Part shown: positions 27,810 to 35,838 of the stretch, piece after piece | How positions within the stretch are numbered: the first letter of the stretch is position 1 | Layout of the letters: the number at the start of each line of letters is the position of its first letter | NCBI GenBank assembly: GCA_902520725.1 | Contig: CABYPB010000006.1 | Location: 8,310 to 72,309, forward strand | DNA: 64,000 nt | From: an uncultured SAR86 cluster bacterium | GTDB taxonomy: Bacteria > Pseudomonadota > Gammaproteobacteria > Magnimaribacterales > D2472 | Reading direction: 5' to 3' | Made by a program: the position numbers and the translations under genes | The notes under the pieces: generated by a model | Seen by the model: the letters and a program-made list of their open reading frames with translations, nothing else | Told to the model about the DNA's origin: nothing | The model's database searches: none

Positions 27810-27932
27810 CATGGAAGCTACTTTATTGGTCATTCCCCTAAAAGTGTGCAGTTTTTGAGATTTTTATAATCAAAAAATCTTTAGGCGAAAAAAGGTAGCT
27901 TTCATTTTTAAAAATATTATAGGGAAAAAACT

Positions 27933-30134
27933 ATGAGTAAATTAATAAATAAATTTTTAAATGATGTATCTCCAATATTTATTATTGGATTTCTAGTACT
28001 TTCTTCTTTGGTTGTAAATATTAGTGCAGACGATGAAGTTGAATCAGTAACAATTATTGGAACAAAAGATGATGTTAAAGATTTGCCAGGATCAGGTGCA
28101 GTGATATCAAATGATGATCTTCAAAAGGCAATGGACACAGATATACAGAAGATTTTAACTGCAGTTCCAGGTATTTATATGAGAACTGAAGAAGGTTATG
28201 GTCTAAGACCTAACATTTCTATAAGAGGTACTGCTATAGAGAGATCAGGAAAAGTTACAATAATGGAAGATGGTGTTTTGGTTGCTCCATCACCATATAC
28301 TTCGTCTGCAGCATATTACTTCCCAACAACTGGAAGAATTCACTCTGTTGAAGTATTGAAAGGACCAGCAGTTGTATCACAAGGACCACAGACAATTGGT
28401 GGCGCAATTAATTTAATTAGTACGCCTATACCTGAAGTGAATTCAGGTAAATTTGTTCAAGAAATTGGTGAGAATGGTATGGCAAGAACGCATGCATATT
28501 ATGGTGCAAGCCAAGGAAACTTCGGTGCTTTAGTAGAAGTTCACGAACATTCAAGTGATGGCTTTGACTCTATCGCTAATGTTGGCGGTGACACTGGTTT
28601 TGATAAATCAGACTTAATGATTAAAGCAAGATATAGCTCTGGTAATCACACAGTAACTTTTAAAAGAGTCGATTTAGATGAGGATTCAAATCAATCATAC
28701 GTAGGTCTTTCTCAGGCAAGTTTTATGGCTAATCCTAGAATGAGATACGGAGCTACAGCATACGACAAAATGATGAACGATGGAGAACAAACATCATTAA
28801 CTTATGTTGGTGACTTTGATAACTTTGATGTTGTGTTTACATCATGGCAGAACGATTATCACAGAGATTGGTTCAAAGTTAGTGATTTCAATAACGATAA
28901 AGAACATGGAGAACAAGATGATATCAATGAGCTAATTAGCGACGCTAATAATGGAAGTGCTAATGCTCAAGCTATCTTAGATGGCCAACTTCCTGTTGAA
29001 ATAGAATACAAACATAACAATAGATATTATACAAATGAAGGTTATCAATTTACTGTCTCAACAGAAATAGGCGTTCATGCTTTGACAGTTGGATACAGAG
29101 ATATGGAAGATTCTGAAAGCAGAATTCAAGCCCATGAATATGCTGATCAGGCAGCTGATGGATCGTTATCTGCTTTATATGGATATGTTGGATTAAGTGG
29201 CAGTAACAATAGATTGAGAGAATCTAGTGCAACTTCTTACTATTTAGAAGACACAATGGACTTTGGAAAGCTAGCTGTAACAGTTGGTTTTAGATCAGAA
29301 GAATATGATCAACGTCACAGAAGATGGGGTGAAGGAGCAGGCCCAAACCTTACTGCAGTAAGAATTACTAGCGTAAGAGATACTTTTGCTGAAAATGATC
29401 ACAACACATCAAGTTTTGGTGCTACATATGACTTAAATGACACAACAACTTTAGTCGCTGGATTCCATGAAGGAATGACACCAATGTTTGGTGCTGATCC
29501 AGAGGAAGCTGATAACATGGAGTTAGGTGTAAGGTATTCAGAAGGTACTACAAACATTGAAGCTTTTTATTTCGCAAGTGATTATTCAAGATTAGCTGCT
29601 GAATGTACTTTAGTAAGTGGCGCCTCATGTGATGCAGATGAGTCTGCAGTATTTAGTGGTGGTGAAGCTGAAGTTTCAGGTCTTGAGTTTAGTGGTTCTT
29701 GGATGTTACAAGGAGATAATGGTGTTGTTTACCCAATCTCAGTTAACTATACAAGCACCGATGCAACATTTAAAAATAGTTCAAGTAGTGATTATTTTGG
29801 AACTGTTTCGGCTGGAGATGACTTACCATATATCCCTGATTCACAAAGTTCTATAGTTGTAGGATTCATTAATGATAATGGTCTAAGTGGGAATGCAAGA
29901 CTTGTAAACGTTGGAAGCTCATGCTCACTTGCAGCATGTGGAACTTATAATGAAATTGAAGCACATAGTTATTTAGATCTAAATCTTAGAAAGGCTCTAA
30001 ATGATTCTATGAGCGTCTATTTTATACTTGAAAATACACTTGATAGTGAGGATTTAATTTCAAGAGCACCTTCAGAGGGAGCTAGATCACAAAAACCTAG
30101 AACAATGAAAGTTGGTTTTTCATACGATTTCTAA
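27933..30134 (+). CDS. TonB-dependent outer-membrane receptor (iron-regulated, substrate unknown)
   Basis: It has a signal peptide and a plug ('PGSGAVISNDDL', 'RPNISIRGT', 'VEVLKGPAVVSQGPQTIGGAINL'). The C-terminal beta-strand ends 'KVGFSYDF'. Confidence 0.85.
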   Translation: MSKLINKFLNDVSPIFIIGFLVLSSLVVNISADDEVESVTIIGTKDDVKDLPGSGAVISNDDLQKAMDTDIQKILTAVPGIYMRTEEGYGLRPNISIRGTAIERSGKVTIMEDGVLVAPSPYTSSAAYYFPTTGRIHSVEVLKGPAVVSQGPQTIGGAINLISTPIPEVNSGKFVQEIGENGMARTHAYYGASQGNFGALVEVHEHSSDGFDSIANVGGDTGFDKSDLMIKARYSSGNHTVTFKRVDLDEDSNQSYVGLSQASFMANPRMRYGATAYDKMMNDGEQTSLTYVGDFDNFDVVFTSWQNDYHRDWFKVSDFNNDKEHGEQDDINELISDANNGSANAQAILDGQLPVEIEYKHNNRYYTNEGYQFTVSTEIGVHALTVGYRDMEDSESRIQAHEYADQAADGSLSALYGYVGLSGSNNRLRESSATSYYLEDTMDFGKLAVTVGFRSEEYDQRHRRWGEGAGPNLTAVRITSVRDTFAENDHNTSSFGATYDLNDTTTLVAGFHEGMTPMFGADPEEADNMELGVRYSEGTTNIEAFYFASDYSRLAAECTLVSGASCDADESAVFSGGEAEVSGLEFSGSWMLQGDNGVVYPISVNYTSTDATFKNSSSSDYFGTVSAGDDLPYIPDSQSSIVVGFINDNGLSGNARLVNVGSSCSLAACGTYNEIEAHSYLDLNLRKALNDSMSVYFILENTLDSEDLISRAPSEGARSQKPRTMKVGFSYDF

Positions 30135-30178
30135 ATATTGTTAGAGGAGAGGGGTGCTACTACATACCCCTAAAAATC

Positions 30179-30207
30179 AAGGGATGTTTTAAACATCCCT
30201 TTTTTTA
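30179..30207 (+). terminator. Rho-independent terminator
   Basis: The hairpin 'gggatg-ttttaaa-catccc' is followed by T7. A second hairpin, aggggt..acccct, lies at 30150-30171 just upstream. Confidence 0.8.
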
Positions 30208-30221
30208 AGTAGAATATACTA

Positions 30222-30767
30222 ATGAAAGATTTTCTAAAATATGATGATACCCAGATTTTTAAATATGACAATTTAGTTCTTGCTGTCATTTATACAATTG
30301 GCCATATATTGGTTGCAATGACATGTAATAGGATTATTACAGGTGCTTCCTTAGATATGGCTGCAGCTGATGCATTTATTGAGCCAATTATTAACGGTTT
30401 CTGGTTTTATTTTTTATTAGTCTTTTTAAAAAATAAAATTGAACAAGGCTTAATTAATAAACCAATTCCTATTCTTAAAAATATCAATGTAGGTATTTAT
30501 TTAGCAGTGATTTACACGATTGGTCATATATTAATTGCAATGACATGTAACAGGTTGCTCACTGGAGCACCATTAAACTTAGCAGTAATTGATGCATTTA
30601 TTGAACCAATAGTTAATGGTTTCTGGTTTTATTTATTATTTGAAGTTTTCAATAAGTATAAACAAAAATATAGGCCTTCTGCAGCTGGAAAAAGCAGCAA
30701 GAATCCATCTTCGTCAATGAAAACCTCAAAGCTTGCTCCAATAAATAATAAAAAGAATTTAGATTAA
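30222..30767 (+). CDS. Membrane protein made of two tandem DUF2061-like modules
   Basis: There are two roughly 50-aa near-identical segments: 'VIYTIGHILVAMTCNRIITGASLDMAAADAFIEPIINGFWFYFLL' and 'VIYTIGHILIAMTCNRLLTGAPLNLAVIDAFIEPIVNGFWFYLLF'. Confidence 0.6.
   Translation: MKDFLKYDDTQIFKYDNLVLAVIYTIGHILVAMTCNRIITGASLDMAAADAFIEPIINGFWFYFLLVFLKNKIEQGLINKPIPILKNINVGIYLAVIYTIGHILIAMTCNRLLTGAPLNLAVIDAFIEPIVNGFWFYLLFEVFNKYKQKYRPSAAGKSSKNPSSSMKTSKLAPINNKKNLD
30282..30642 (+). repeat. Intragenic tandem duplication (about 140 nt units, 222-nt period)
   Basis: The DNA of the two modules (about 30282-30420 and about 30504-30642) is visibly alignable, with most differences at third codon positions. Confidence 0.7.
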
Positions 30768-30813
30768 AGATACACAAATCTATTCATTAAAGTACAATAT
30801 TCCAACAAAATGT

Positions 30814-30889
30814 GGGGCTATAGCTCAGCTGGGAGAGCACCTGCTTTGCAAGCAGGGGGTCCGCGGTTCGATCCCGCGTAGCTCCACCA
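30814..30889 (+). tRNA. tRNA-Ala (TGC)
   Basis: The sequence GGGGCTATAGCTCAGCTGGGAGAGCACCTGCTTTGCAAGCAGGGGGTCCGCGGTTCGATCCCGCGTAGCTCCACCA has the G3:U70 identity pair and anticodon TGC. It stands alone and is not in an rRNA operon. Confidence 0.95.
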
Positions 30890-30890
30890 T

Positions 30891-31283
30891 TTATAAGTAC
30901 CCTTGATTTTCGCAAAATTTTAAGAACGTATTATGATCAACATTTAATATTTTTATCTTTGATGGATCAAAATCTAATTTAAATAAGTACTTTTTATTAA
31001 CTTGACTAACCAAATAAAAACTATTTTCAGAACTACTAATAGATATTTTTCTGTTTTTTATAAAATCAAGCCAACAGTTAGAATATTTTTTATTGTTATC
31101 TAGACTTGTAAAGCTAAGATAAGCATTATCTCTTATAACTTTTTTTGCTTTAGCGCTCGACTCTAAATTAAGAATACTATAGTTTTGATTTGTGTCCTCT
31201 ACCTCGAAATAAATATAATTTGCATTAGCATAAAATGCACAAAAGCAAAAAAATATTAAAAGACTAGAAGTCGTCTTCATCAT
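30891..31283 (-). CDS. Small exported hypothetical protein (gene 6 of 6)
   Basis: The likely start is at ATG 31283 or 31280 (MMKTTSSLLIFFCFCAFYANA/NY). It overlaps the 3' end of gene 5 by about 20 nt, and its stop abuts tRNA-Ala. Confidence 0.5.
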   Translation of the reverse strand: MMKTTSSLLIFFCFCAFYANANYIYFEVEDTNQNYSILNLESSAKAKKVIRDNAYLSFTSLDNNKKYSNCWLDFIKNRKISISSSENSFYLVSQVNKKYLFKLDFDPSKIKILNVDHNTFLKFCENQGYL

Positions 31284-32664
31284 CTCCAGCAGATGATCCA
31301 CCTTCAGATTGACCTTTACTTTCTAAATAATCAAATGTGTCTTGAGCTTCACCACTCATTAAGGCATCAGATGGCGTCCATGCCATAACAATTCCAGCAA
31401 TAGGTTGACCACCAAATGTATGCTTATTTTTCCATCTATAAAGTTCATAGTCACCCTTTAAAGTTCCACTTGCTGATGCAGCGACTCTTTGTTCACTAGA
31501 ATTATCACTCCAATAATCAATCATTCCTGTATCCATTTCTGTAGTTGTTTCTTGAGTATTTATACTCTGAGTTAAGTCTATATTTTCATCTCTTAGTTGT
31601 ATAATAGCTCTTCTTGCTTTTAAGGTAGCATTATTAAATGCTGTTATTTCTGAAGCCGCGCTATCAGTTGCAATTCTTTCTTGGGCATAACTTATTACAC
31701 TCATTTCTCCAACTTCATTTCGAACCATAAATGCACCAAAAGTACCTTGCAAGGCCTCAAAAGCTTTCATTCCACTTCTATAAATTTCTTTATCGTATTG
31801 CTTATTGTAATAAGGAATATTTTTTACCAACGGTACGCCTTTTTTTTGATTCTGTAATCTGGAATAATCACCACTTGTCATAGCATCGACATCAGCTGCA
31901 AGTTTACTACTCCAGATAGCCACATTACACACGGTAGTTTGTTTTTGGCCTTTGCCAAGAGAATAGGCTGAAAAAACAGTTTTCATACCTCTAACTGATC
32001 CACTTGCGTTTGCAGTAACACTGTCTTTAAAGGTACTTTGATTAACTATATTATTTATCTTGTCTTCTAATTCTTTTTCTTCAATAGTGTTACTTGCAAT
32101 ACCTTCTTTTGTCTCTGGGTCAACAAGCTTATCAAGTTGTTGATTGACTAGAACTTTTGTTTTTTCATATATTGACATATCTTCATAGTTTTTTAGGTTT
32201 TTAGCAGATTTTCCTGATGTCCCTATAAAAGTTGGCTTTTCACCTTCTTTAATTTGTTGAACCATTTGGCTAACTATTTCTGATGTTATTTCTGTTGACA
32301 TTGATTCAACCAACTTTCTTTTAGAATCAAGTTGGGCGTTAATCGACGCATTCATTGATGAGGTTATGTAGTTACTAGAATCTACTGGAGACTTAATTTC
32401 ACTTATGCCTATAGCAACAAAATACTTTGACCCATTTGATTTTTTATTCGTACCCTGCTTCCATTTTTTTTCAATATTTACATAATCTTGACATTGCTGA
32501 CCAACAACATTGTTATTATTTGCCCCAGAACTTTCAGCTTCTTCCCATGCAGCTTCTCTATCAGACAGCTCAGGATTGTCATCTGCTGACAAAGATAAAT
32601 TTAAAAAAGATATGGCTGCGAAAAAGAATATAGATTTTTGCGTTAAATTTTTCATAATTTTCAT
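31264..32664 (-). CDS. Exported hypothetical protein with acidic C-terminal tail (gene 5 of 6)
   Basis: I prefer the ATG at 32664 (SD AAGGGG at 6 nt). The signal peptide is '..FLNLSLSA/DD', and the protein ends 'GGSSAGDDEDDF'. Confidence 0.6.
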   Translation of the reverse strand: MKIMKNLTQKSIFFFAAISFLNLSLSADDNPELSDREAAWEEAESSGANNNNVVGQQCQDYVNIEKKWKQGTNKKSNGSKYFVAIGISEIKSPVDSSNYITSSMNASINAQLDSKRKLVESMSTEITSEIVSQMVQQIKEGEKPTFIGTSGKSAKNLKNYEDMSIYEKTKVLVNQQLDKLVDPETKEGIASNTIEEKELEDKINNIVNQSTFKDSVTANASGSVRGMKTVFSAYSLGKGQKQTTVCNVAIWSSKLAADVDAMTSGDYSRLQNQKKGVPLVKNIPYYNKQYDKEIYRSGMKAFEALQGTFGAFMVRNEVGEMSVISYAQERIATDSAASEITAFNNATLKARRAIIQLRDENIDLTQSINTQETTTEMDTGMIDYWSDNSSEQRVAASASGTLKGDYELYRWKNKHTFGGQPIAGIVMAWTPSDALMSGEAQDTFDYLESKGQSEGGSSAGDDEDDF

Positions 32665-32730
32665 ATACAACCCCTTTAGAATGTTAGAAATCTGTAAATT
32701 CCATAGATAATAATACCTATTATTAATAAA

Positions 32731-33993
32731 TTACCAATTTTCATCAAATTCCTCCTCAATTTTTTTTCTGACCTCTTGTTGTTTTTTTGCATTATTGTTT
32801 TTATTCATACTTTCTGGAAGCGATCGAATAATAAAAGTTTTTGGTTTAAATTTTGATTCTAGATCTTCAACACTTGTATTTATTATTTTTCCGTATGACA
32901 TTTTAGAAGTTACTTCAGTGATTTCTACCATACCTATTATGTTCTCTTTGCGACCAAGACTTTCTTTTGTGTAAGAATCTACAATTTTTTCGCCATACTG
33001 AATCAATCTATACCTATCCCCAATATTAACAATGTCTCCCCCGGTTCCAATAATAATATTGTTACCTTCTATTTTTTCAACAACAAAAGGATATATCGCT
33101 TCTAAAATCTTTAATCCTAAACTATCGGCAATGCTTGATATTGAATCTAACGCTCCCTTTACAGGATCATTAATTGACTTTACTTTTCCATTAAGATTTT
33201 TACTAAAAGTTTGGGAGAATTTTACTTGTCCTGTTGGAACATCAATAATTCTATAGCTGATTCCAGTATTACCTACTATTGTAGAAATTGATTTATCAAC
33301 TGTTTCTAGCTTTCTAGTTTGATTTTTTAAAGATAGCATATTTACAGTCCCAACTAAAACATAGTCTGCTACTAGCTCTTGTCCCATCTTTGCAAGTTCT
33401 TTTATGGGAACATTATCAGAATTCAATCTAGCTTGTTCTTTATTAGTTTGAGTTTCATAAGCTCTATCAAGAACAGTAAATTTTCTTGTTTGAACTAGAT
33501 ATGATGAGATTGCAGCAGTAAGTTCTTGACTAAATGAAGCTCCATTGATTTCGGTTTTGCCAACTCTACAACAACGATCTCTATATTTTAAATCAAGGAC
33601 AGCTATACGCTTCCTATTGGCAGTTTTTGAAGCTTTAAATTTAATAACAGAAACCTTTAATTTAACTTTATATATTCCTGCATTCTTTGAAGTTGATATG
33701 ACATCGTAACTATCTACAACGCCTTTAGTTCTTGATTTTATTTTATCTTGGTATTCTGAAGAACCAAGATATTCTTCAGTTTGATTTTTAGTACTTAATT
33801 TCTCGCTATTTTTGCTAAGGATTTCTGATTCTATAGATTTGCCATTTATTCGTCCCATGGCCTCCGTAAGACCCCTATCAATTGCTGATTGAAGATTCTC
33901 TCCATATCCTTCAACCTCTATTTTGACTATTTGAGTACTTGCTGAAACAAGTCCAGCAAATACAAGAGAAATTATTAGAAAATACTTATTCAA
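32731..33993 (-). CDS. Exported multidomain protein: LPP20-like N-term, CsgG/FlgO-like core, FlgT_C-like C-terminal barrel (gene 4 of 6)
   Basis: Its TTG start overlaps the gene 3 stop by 8 nt, and the signal peptide is '..AGLVSA/ST'. The core 'KRIAVLDLKYRD...SFSQELTAAISSYLVQTRKFTVLDRAY...ELVADYVLVGTV' parallels E. coli CsgG 'KIFVSVYNIQD...TAMLVTALKDSRWFIPLERQG...AANIMVEGSI'. Confidence 0.6.
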   Translation of the reverse strand: MNKYFLIISLVFAGLVSASTQIVKIEVEGYGENLQSAIDRGLTEAMGRINGKSIESEILSKNSEKLSTKNQTEEYLGSSEYQDKIKSRTKGVVDSYDVISTSKNAGIYKVKLKVSVIKFKASKTANRKRIAVLDLKYRDRCCRVGKTEINGASFSQELTAAISSYLVQTRKFTVLDRAYETQTNKEQARLNSDNVPIKELAKMGQELVADYVLVGTVNMLSLKNQTRKLETVDKSISTIVGNTGISYRIIDVPTGQVKFSQTFSKNLNGKVKSINDPVKGALDSISSIADSLGLKILEAIYPFVVEKIEGNNIIIGTGGDIVNIGDRYRLIQYGEKIVDSYTKESLGRKENIIGMVEITEVTSKMSYGKIINTSVEDLESKFKPKTFIIRSLPESMNKNNNAKKQQEVRKKIEEEFDENW

Positions 33994-34693
33994 TATCTAA
34001 TTCTAACTCACCAACTTTCTTCTCTGCTCCACGAACGTCTAAGCCATTTTTTTTTGCAAATGAAAGAAGTCCGACGGTAGACTTACCTAAGTTTACAATT
34101 AATTTTGGTACAGTCTTACCTATAAACATACCGGTTTGGAGTGTACCTTTTAATTTTCTTATTTCCATTGGATTTCTAATGCTTTTTAATTGATTTTGAG
34201 CAGCATTCATAAACTCTCCTATAGGCTCACTTAAAGCAGCTGTTCTTGCTACAGAGGTTAAATATGGAGCTAAGGCTTTTGCATATGCAGATTTTGCATC
34301 ATCTGACATTTCCTGGCCTTCTTCAAATGTTGTTGATTGAGCTGAAACAGTATCACTTGAAAGTGTAAGTGCACCTTTAATATCTTCCTGACTAATACTA
34401 TCTCCAAGAATATTATTAGCTGTATTATTTAATTCTGCAGCCTTTTCTTTATTTCCTTTAGCCTCTTCAATCATTGCTTGAGCTTTTAGCACGTCACTTA
34501 ATGCAGATTGAAGAGAAATAATAAGTTGAGCTTGAGCTTCATCTATATTTAAAGTTGGTGCCTCTTCTTCAGCTTCATCGCCTCCAGTTATTGCAGATAA
34601 TGGATTTTTTATGTTTCCAAATGGATTGGCTTCAATAATGTTTGCATAACTAAATCCAAAAAAGATTGTGAACATTAATATTATTTTTTTCAT
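33986..34693 (-). CDS. Exported Ala/Glu-rich helical hypothetical protein (gene 3 of 6)
   Basis: I prefer the ATG at 34693 (MKKIILMF...), which is preceded by SD AGGAGA at 7 nt. The signal peptide is '..FGFSYA/NI'. Confidence 0.6.
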   Translation of the reverse strand: MKKIILMFTIFFGFSYANIIEANPFGNIKNPLSAITGGDEAEEEAPTLNIDEAQAQLIISLQSALSDVLKAQAMIEEAKGNKEKAAELNNTANNILGDSISQEDIKGALTLSSDTVSAQSTTFEEGQEMSDDAKSAYAKALAPYLTSVARTAALSEPIGEFMNAAQNQLKSIRNPMEIRKLKGTLQTGMFIGKTVPKLIVNLGKSTVGLLSFAKKNGLDVRGAEKKVGELELDIE

Positions 34694-34715
34694 AATTTGT
34701 CTCCTCATTTATAAA

Positions 34716-35837
34716 TTATAATTTAAGCATTAATGAATTAGTTGCTTCATTAACTGCTTTTTTAAGTGCATTTTTTTCAGATAGCACATCTGTTTCCCCA
34801 AAAGCTGATTTTATTTCAGGACCGACTGATGCAACAATCATTGGCCCGAATCTTGGATTAATTTCATAAAGCTGCATGCTTACCAAAACATCAGATTTAT
34901 ATGCTCCTGTATCCAAATCTTTACGAGCAATACTAGAGTCCACAGTTCCAATAAGAAGATATACATCACCAAAATTAACTTCATTCATCAAATTACCTAT
35001 TTTTACCCTAGTTCTTGGTGAAATATTAGCTCCAAAATCTCCTACTTTTCCTGAAAATTGATCTATAACTTCTTTTAAAAAATATTTCCCGCTTAGGTCT
35101 TCCAGCATCGCAGCTTCAACAGTCATCATTCCTAACTTAGAGAGAACATCACTAATTTGTGCATAAGCATCGTCTAGATCCCCAATGTCATATGTTCTAT
35201 CTGTTGCTTGTCTTTTAGTCTTACCACCAGTTGTGATTGATTGCATTTGAGTTGAATTTTCTGTTATTGATACAGCACCTTCATCAATAGTAGTAACTTC
35301 GTCAGCACTTAAAGCATTTTTTGTCATTGACTGTTTAGTAACTCTTTCATCAAATATATCTTCATCAGTAGTTTTTCTTGGAATTACTAATGCAAGAACT
35401 GCTTGACCTTGAAGATTTTGTTGTCTTTTTGATGGAGAGGATTTTTTTACTAGGCTATTAGTGAATCTTGCTTCATTTATTGTTGCTCTTATTGAAATCT
35501 GGTAATTTCTGTCAGTTTTTGAGCAATCAGTGCTTAAGATTATATAGTCAGTAATGTATGAATCTAAATCAGATAAGTACTTTTGCTCAGATGAAGAATA
35601 CGCATCGTACATATCAGATGAGAGTGTTGATGTATATTTCTCCCAGGCTGACTTTTTTGCTTTTTCAATTGCTTCAAAGTGTTTGTTTCTATCTACAGGT
35701 TTACCATCTCTGCATGTTGATCGATTTAATTCTACGCTTGCAAATCCTTTTTCAGTAATATTTTGAGCAAAAGAACTTACAGAAAAGAAAATTACGAATA
35801 AAATTGTAGACAAGAAATATGTTGTATTTTTGTACAT
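34716..35837 (-). CDS. Exported hypothetical protein with LPP20-like N-terminal module (gene 2 of 6)
   Basis: It has the signal peptide '..FFSVSSFA/QN' and starts 1 nt after the gene 1 stop. 'FEAIEKAKKSAWEKY' and 'GDVYLLIGTVDSS' are reminiscent of LPP20/CsgG-type lipoprotein folds. Confidence 0.6.
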   Translation of the reverse strand: MYKNTTYFLSTILFVIFFSVSSFAQNITEKGFASVELNRSTCRDGKPVDRNKHFEAIEKAKKSAWEKYTSTLSSDMYDAYSSSEQKYLSDLDSYITDYIILSTDCSKTDRNYQISIRATINEARFTNSLVKKSSPSKRQQNLQGQAVLALVIPRKTTDEDIFDERVTKQSMTKNALSADEVTTIDEGAVSITENSTQMQSITTGGKTKRQATDRTYDIGDLDDAYAQISDVLSKLGMMTVEAAMLEDLSGKYFLKEVIDQFSGKVGDFGANISPRTRVKIGNLMNEVNFGDVYLLIGTVDSSIARKDLDTGAYKSDVLVSMQLYEINPRFGPMIVASVGPEIKSAFGETDVLSEKNALKKAVNEATNSLMLKL

Positions 35838-35838
35838 T

